Part shown: positions 57,050-64,000 of the stretch, piece by piece | Layout of the letters: each line of letters begins with the position of its first letter | Numbering within the stretch: position 1 is the stretch's first letter | Origin: Zygnema circumcarinatum SAG 698-1b | Lineage: Eukaryota; Plantae; Zygnematophyceae | DNA length: 64,000 bases | Assembly: GCA_037447605.1 (NCBI GenBank) | Contig: CM074823.1 | Span: 310,001-374,000, forward strand | Direction of reading: 5' to 3' | The notes under the pieces: generated by a model | What the model was told of the DNA's origin: nothing | The model's input: only the letters and a program-made list of their open reading frames with translations | Databases searched by the model: none | Position numbers and translations under genes: made by a program

Positions 57050-60000
57050 TTAGAGGTGTACAACGTACGAACGCTCACCNNNNNNNNNNGCTTTGAGTCT
57101 CAAGTTCGCCGTACTTAGCAACACCTCATCGCCTTCGTTGAAGGTGAGTTGGGTACGGTGACGGTCAGCATAGGCCTTTTGTCGCGACTGGGCCGCTAGC
57201 AGGGTCTGCCGTGCCCTCTGCAGCGCCTCAGACATTAGTCGGACAAAAGATCTGACTGCGGGAGGTTGAGTCCCATCAGTCCCTCTCAGCTTCCAAGGAT
57301 CGGGGTTTCTGTGGACGCCCATGTTCCACGGATCAGGGGGCTGATCCCTTGGTTGCAGGGGATTTAGAGGATGCTGACCAAAGTTCAGGAAGAAAGGGGT
57401 GGTACCAATGGACTCCTGGTAAGCATTATTGATGGCGTACTCGCCATCGAAAGTAGCTCGGCCCCACCCATCCGTAGGTCCTTACTATAATGCCGGAGGT
57501 AATCTCCAGATCCCGCTCTCACCACCCGTCCGCCACCGGTTTGCGGGCGGAAAGTCGACTCAACGTCAGCTTTGGTCCCAACGATTTGAGCACTTCCGCC
57601 CAAAATGGCCGGTGAATCGATCACGGCTCATTACCACCGACCAAGACCACGCCGCTCCACACCTTGTCAACACACAAACCGCCGCGAATCTCGCCGCCCC
57701 AAATGGGCTTCTTTAGTAGTTGGTGCAAAATGCACCATCCACAGCCGACCGACAAAGACTCCAGGACGGAGTCACGCCCCCGAGGCGCCACAGAAGATCT
57801 GTGATCAAGTCCATACCCACACCATCCCATTCAAAAGGAGGCGCCAGGGGTCAAGTACCGGGCCGTGGATCCCCGCCAAGCAAGGGGTTTGTTTCTGCTG
57901 ACAAGTCGGGACAAGCCGAGTACATACGCTCACAACCCTCGAGTCCGTGCCACTGCATCCCTCGAGCAAAGGCCTCACGGGTTTTAAGTAAGTAACTCCC
58001 ATGCTAATTCTCGCACGAGGATCAGCGAGTTTCACCGTAATGAGCCGCACAGCCTCCGCCTTGGGCACCACCTCACAGTCGCGGGTACCGTAATCCGTCC
58101 TTAGACACCACTTTGTCCTTATAGCTACCTTGGCCATCCAGAATCAAAGGATCACCGCATTCTCCAATCATCTGGCCTCGGTGATAAGAGAGAGCTGGAG
58201 GGTTGACCAAGGCTACCGGGTGGAGGGACGGCGACAAAAGCATACCGGAGACGGAGATGGGCTACCGCCCTCACCTCCTCTCACATCTCGCTCCACCAAC
58301 ACTCGAATGACGAAAGCACCATCCGTGCAAGATGCCGGTGGCTGCCTACTCGCTGGGTTCAAGCATATCTTCCTCTCCGGCCGAGACTCCACCGCGCCAA
58401 ACCTTGGAGGAACTCAGACCAGCGTGCCTGCCGCCTAGACAGGGTCTGTTGGGTTGAGAGGAACGTCAGCGGGCGGTGGTCAGTGACCAGCGTGACCGCT
58501 TTCGCCCCCTCTAAATAGCACCGCCATGTCCTCGTACGGACCACCGCGAAGCGCTCGCTCGCTAAGTGTAATAGTTGCGCCACTGGATCTATTTTAAGTA
58601 CTTTCATAATGCTGCAGGTTGACTATCTTGTACCAAGACGGGCACCCAAGGGGAATCCTTCCGGCATCACAAAACCACTCTATGTTGTTTGGACGGGTCC
58701 GCTAAACGGGAGAGTGGGTGCGTAACAAGTGCATTATGCCATTTTCACCTTCAATGCATCCCGCATTCGGGGTCCATGTAAAGGGGACACCGAACGCGGT
58801 CAAATTAGTCGGTGGGTAAAATCCAGCTTTACTAAACTCCCTTGGATGAACTTACGAAAAATAATTGCGAAAGCCTGTAAAAGACCCTCAACCGGGATGT
58901 AGGTCGGAAATGGTGGCTTTCCAAGTTTACCAAGGAAACTTTGGCGTGATCAGGTCAAGACCCCGACATCGAGGATATGCCCAAGATAAAGCAACTCACG
59001 TTGCATGAAGTGACACTTCTTCCTCTTGGCATAAAATTGGTGCTTCCGCAACACCTCGAACACTTTGCGTACATGCACAAGATGTTCAGCGTCTGTCTTG
59101 CTGAATACCAGGATATCATCCAGGTAGACCAGGACAAACTCATCCATGCCGACGAACATCTCGTTCATCACGGCTTGGAAAGTAGCCGGAGCGTTGGTCA
59201 GTCCAAAAGGTAACACCTTATATTGGAAGTGACCAATCGGCGTCCGGAACGCAGTTTTTGGCACATCAGCTTTCGTGACGCGGATCTGATGGTACCCCTG
59301 AGCAAGATCGAGTGTAGTAAACACTCTGGCGCCGTGAAGACGATCCAACAGATCATCAATACGTGGTAAAGCAAAACGGTTCTTTACGGTGATCTTGTTG
59401 GAGTGCGCGATAATCAATTAAAAACCTCAACGAACCATCTTTCTTCCCAACAAACAAGATGTGCGCCCCAAATGGGCTCTGAATGGGTTCTATCCAGCCC
59501 TTTTCACGTAAAGTTGCCAACTGCTTTCGCATCTCCTCGGTTTCTTTTGTGGCTTAACCGATAGATCGGCCGCCAAGGCGGCTTTTGCTCAGGCTCAAGA
59601 GGGATTGTGTGCCCCACTCCTCTAGATGGTGGCAACCCTCTTGGAAGGTCGTCAGGGAAAACATCCCTGAACTCATCCAACAAAGGTTGGATTTTGGGTG
59701 AACGCCGGTATAATATCCGTAGGATGTGGACCGCCATTCTCATCGCCGCCATGAACATCCTCGTTGCTGCCATGGCATGCACCATGAACAAGGTGCACCC
59801 TTCCTAATCAAGCCTCACAATTGTATACCGGAAAGCACCGATAAGGAGTACAGTTGCCGATAAGAATGGGATGTGGCTCGCCAGTGGTGGTGGTGTCAGC
59901 CAATACCATCAAGTAAGTGTAATGCAATGTGGGACAAAGTCCATTTGTGCTTTGGACCATGGTTAACCAAGCACCCCAAATAACATCACATTCGGGGCTG

Positions 60001-60306
60001 TGTTAGAAGACACTCGACTCTGTGAGTAGGATTGAGCTTGAACTGCAAAGTGTGACGCCACCGAGATCTGGCCCTTATAGCCCATCCCCGGTAAAGTAAC
60101 ATCTCAATGGGGGACTGCGGGTCAACCCATCTCCGGGTGAACGCGTAATCCAACAAAGCTGGGGCATCCGCCTCAAAGATTCAGCGCGCGCGTAGAACCG
60201 CCGGGTGGCCATTGGCTGACCCAGTGTTGGAGTCTCCGATCTCCGCTTCTCGCCGCTTCCCCGGCGCCACCTCCTCGGCCTCCATTGGAACCCGGGTTCC
60301 CACCGA
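57050..60306 (-). mobile_element. Degenerate Ty3/gypsy retrotransposon, chromovirus/Tf2-like pol
   Basis: LLDEFRDVFPDDLPRGLPPSRGVGHTIPL (59504-59791); RT 58950-59417; RNase H WRCYLEG..LVTDHRPL..LSRRQARWSEFL (58359-58607); post-integrase ARQTLLAAQSRQKAYADRHRTQLTFNEGDEVLLSTANL (57050-57322). Confidence 0.92.
58950..59417 (-). pseudogene. Ty3/gypsy reverse transcriptase core fragment
   Basis: [80 protein letters not shown]; YLDD intact but flanks are disrupted. Confidence 0.92.
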
Positions 60307-61154
60307 TGAAGACATCTTCACTCGCCACTCTATCTCACTCACTCATAGCCCATAACTCATGTGAATGAACGCAGACGAAAGCACTGAAATCACACACTCC
60401 AGAGAGTATAGGAGAAAAGCTCATGGCTCTAAAACTCCTTTATAATAAGAATGTCACCCTGATATAAAGTTTCCTCATGGACTCCTTACTCACTACCTTG
60501 CGACACAGGATGGGGAGCCGGGTACACGAGCAGGCACAGAACAAGTCACGGGACTACAGTAGCTCAATGTGGTTATCCTTCACAACAGTGTCACATGTTG
60601 CCATGGCCGTGTTACGTGACATCCTCCTTGTTGATCATGTCATGTCATGGCTGCCCTCATGCGTCCAGGATCGAGACGTGCTCAACATCCAGCCGCGGCC
60701 TCGTAACCTATGCCAGGCAGCGACCCAGCCAGGTCGCCCGCACAGTCTCCGCTGCCACATCCTGAGTGTCTGTCTCAAGCAGGTTTTGTGCGTGTCCGCA
60801 CGTGCCCGCGCGCGCGTGCCGCATATCAGTTTCGCGCTGCATGCACACATTTGTGGCTGCCCGCGACGCAATTTCTTGCGTCGCATTTCTGCGCTGTCAC
60901 TGTCTGCGCTGGCTGGCTGTGACCGGTCCTCAGCTTGACTTTGTCACAGCCCGCCACCGCACCTAAGGGTCTGACGCGGCTTCCGCGACATCACCGATAT
61001 CCCTTGCGCTTGAAAAGCTGTACGGCCATCGACATTTGGCCTGGTTGGCTTTCCTAGGAACACTACTAGCAGATTCTGATGCTCCCATTGCCAGATACCA
61101 CAACAATGTTAGTGTGAACCCGCACAATGTCTAACTATACACATGACACTAACA
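60307..61154 (-). repeat. Putative 3' LTR of the copia element (~850 bp)
   Basis: Starts TG directly after the PPT (61154). The proposed CA end at 60307 abuts gypsy gag-like sequence; this boundary is tentative because the second LTR is outside the window. Confidence 0.55.
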
Positions 61155-64000
61155 ATCCCCTCCTTGGGCCTCAGTCCTCATGGGCCCTAGCCCAATGAGT
61201 CTGCTATTCACTAGTAGTGTCTCCCCACTAACTCCCTTAGTCAACATATCCGCAGCCTGCTCCTTCGTCCCCACGAACTTCACAACAATCATCCCCTCCT
61301 CACTTATTTCTCATATAAGGTTTGATCAAGTGTTACCTTTGTCCTTATGAAACATAGGTGTTTTCAACAAGAGCTATGGACGACTGACCATCCGTGAACA
61401 AAGTCAAGGAATGTTGTGGCCTCTCACCATCGAAGAAATGTTGGAACCAAACTCCCTCCTTCGCTGCGTGACATGCTCCCATGTACTCGCCTTCGGTGCT
61501 AGACAACGCAACCGAATCCTGTAGCTTCGAGCTCCATGAGATCGCTCCACCTGTGCCCAAACAAATCCAGGTCGCGTGAGTATCCACGCTGACCTCCGAG
61601 CCAGCTCGGTGTATCTGACTCACTGTTGCCTCCTCAATGAAGTCCACTCCAGGGTCTGACGACTGAAAGATTCGTTATGGCCTCTGAATGCTCAGGGTTG
61701 GAACTCCATGAGAACTGACCTGCGGCGCTTAGCAGCCGCCAAGTCTGGTCGGACCACCATTAGGCACATGCAAATTCCCAGGCAGGAGACCTACGGCACT
61801 CTTGCACATGTTGCTGCACCTTTGTCTGCCCCCACCTCCATACCCTTTGACCCTTGACTTCATCGAGACTGTGCATGGTCTGCACTCCTCCATATTGAAT
61901 CTCGCTAGTACATCCGCGGCGTACTTCTTCTGACTTAGGAACAGACTTCCGTCCTGCCCCCTCTTCAGCTGTATCCCCAGGAGATACTGCGCCTCCCCTA
62001 GATCCGACATTTGGAAGTTAGCTTGCAAAAGCTTCTTCAGATCATTGATTCTCTCCAGTGAGAGACTCACCATAATGAGGTCATCCACGTAGATCCCAAC
62101 GTATATGAGATCTCCCTCCTCTCTGTGTCGGGACCGGGGGTGATCCGTCTCAAGCGCGCAAATCTGCGCTCAGAAGATCGTCGATCTTCTCGACCATATC
62201 CTCAGGTGCCTGTCCAGCCCCCGACACTTCACCAGGCGAGATGAGATGCTCCTGCCCGGACAACTTTCCCTTCGGGCTGCTCCATGCAGATCTCCTTGAG
62301 CGAGATCCCCGAGAAACGCGGCTCCACACTTGAACTCAGGGATGTCCCTGAGCTGCTGATTCAGATTAGGCACGAGGAGCTAAAATCGTGACCGGGGCGG
62401 GGGGCTTGTGCATCCACTCCCACTCTGGTGTAGCCTTCGCCACCATCTGCTGCCTTAACGGCCCACTCCCGTCCGCCTTCCTGCTTCACCTTGAAGACCC
62501 TACTTTGGCATTGATGGCTCTCCTTCCCTTCGCAGCTTCTCCAGTTGCCGCGTCCGCTCCTCATCATCATTCCACTCGCTATCGATCGCTGCTCGCCACT
62601 TCGCTCCATCGACCCCATCGTGAGCCTCCTCGAAGGTTTGCGGCTCAGTGATCATGTAGCAGTGGGCAACTCCTGCGAGGTCAGCAGAGTCCGTAGGCAC
62701 TCTCTCCTGCATCAGGTTAGTCTGCGACGGCCTGTATCGTTCAGGCCTCCTCACCACACGGGTGCTCCTCCGCGGTCCTTGCGTTCTCCCACTCCTCGAG
62801 TTGAAGAAAATTCCGGGAACAAATCCCGGAGGCATCCTTGCCCTCATCGCGTCTCTCTCGGCCATCTCCAAGTCCTCAGACTCCTGCCCGTGCAAAGGTA
62901 CAGTTTCGACCGAGTCTTCCTCATCCGACAGGTGAGTGTGTAGTGGGGCCGTCTCCGTCGATTTCTCCGGCTCCCCCGCTTGCGGCACTTCGGGTTCGAC
63001 TCCCGCCTCCGCCTCGACGTTCGGCATTGCTCCTGAGTCACCCTTCGCTTCCGCATGCTGATCCTCCTCTAAGTCTTGGGACCTGAGAGGTTCATCGCCT
63101 CCCCGCTGGTCCTCACGTCCTCACACAGGATTTTCAATCTGGCCCTCCGGGCTGGGTCTCACCTAGCCGTGTTACTTGCCCTTTCTCGCCCACCGCGATG
63201 TCCCTCGAGCCCGCAGCCCTTCGCTCGCCGCATCCAATCTGCAGGTGCCGGCTGCCCATGCTTGAGCCGAGAACACACCCTTCGACCGGTCGCGGGTCGA
63301 ACTTCCTCTTCTGTCTCGCCTTCGGCACCGTCGACCAGCAGCGCGCTCCGAAAGCCTTCAGGTGGGAAACCGTGGGTTTTCTCCCACTCCACACCTCCTC
63401 AGGAACCTGGTCCTTGAGCACAGAAGATGGGCATCTATTCCTAAGGTAAGCTGCGGTCATCACCGCCTCTCCCCAGAAAGAAGCCGGGAAGGGGGAATCT
63501 ATGAGCATGGTCCGCGCCATGTCCCCCAATGTCCTACTCACCCTTTCAGTCCATTACTTTGAGGGGAGGAGGAGCATAGAATTCATGCCTAATTTTATTT
63601 GAGCTTGAGGTACTCGCGAAACTCCTTTGTACCTTGCAACTCCCTCCGCTGTCGAGCGCAGGTCTTCAGTCCGTCCCGCTCTCCGCTCCATCTGAGCTCT
63701 TCACCCTTGCAGGCTCGGGAAAGCCTCAGACTTGTTCTTGAGTGGTGAGAATTTTCCTCGAAAAATCATCGAAGTGATGAAGTACCGAGCTCCTCACCGC
63801 TGCGGTGTCACGGGGCTGACAAAGGCCGGTGCAACCAACTCCAGTTTCTCCTGCGGCAGTGGCACGCCTCCCTCCGCCTCCCGTGTTGGCTCCGGTCTGC
63901 CCGCCTTCCCCCCCAGACACTCCTTGAAAAGCCGAGCTCCTCTCTGATCCAGCATCTACGTCTAACTCACGACTAGCCCCCTGAAGGAGCAAGCCATTGC
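60307..64000 (-). mobile_element. Degenerate Ty1/copia retrotransposon (INT-RT-RNaseH plus 3' LTR), 5' part beyond the window
   Basis: Integrase MARTMLIDSP..FWGEAVMTAAYLRNRCPS..PEEVWSGRKPTVSHLKAFG (63134-63541); EPQTFEEA..KWRAAIDSE; RT YVDDLI..FQMSDLGEAQYLLGIQ..LSQKKY (61729-62110); RNase H AISWSSKLQDSVALSSTEGEY..FTDGQSSI and VKFVGTKEQAADMLTK. PPT AAGGAGGGGA (61156-61165) is followed by TGTTAG. Confidence 0.92.

Noticed and set aside
61075-61105. TGGTATC on the minus strand as a tRNA-Met primer-binding site
   Set aside because: Only 7 nt match, and it lies inside the inferred copia 3' LTR rather than after a 5' LTR.

Overview
Eukaryotic nuclear DNA with spliceosomal GT-AG introns, most likely from a streptophyte green alga or early-diverging plant. 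This is an inference from plant-type gene orthologues, plant-type TTTAGGG/CCCTAAA repeats and GC-rich exons. The assembly is a scaffold with many short N gaps. Bases 1-45 kb are gene-rich. By manual splicing I reconstruct a DUF1350 hydrolase-like gene (+, 5'-truncated), a folate-receptor-like gene (-), an AAR3/DCN1-like gene (+), an ankyrin-repeat gene (-), mitochondrial ribosomal protein L14 (+), a 13-exon Cdc1/MPPE1-like metallophosphoesterase (-), and a convergent pair of small secreted LysM-domain paralogs. Introns are filled with (CT)n/(GA)n tracts, degenerate telomere-like repeats and pentamer satellites. Two copies of a TIR-bounded host repeat each carry a different DNA transposon in the same central telomere-like tract: a hAT derivative with an 8-bp TSD, and a 528-bp foldback element. 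Bases 53-64 kb are a nest of decayed LTR retrotransposons (two convergent Ty3/gypsy and one Ty1/copia). No rRNA, tRNA or CRISPR array was recognised. All family assignments come from motif recognition and recalled plant orthologue sequences; no database search was run.
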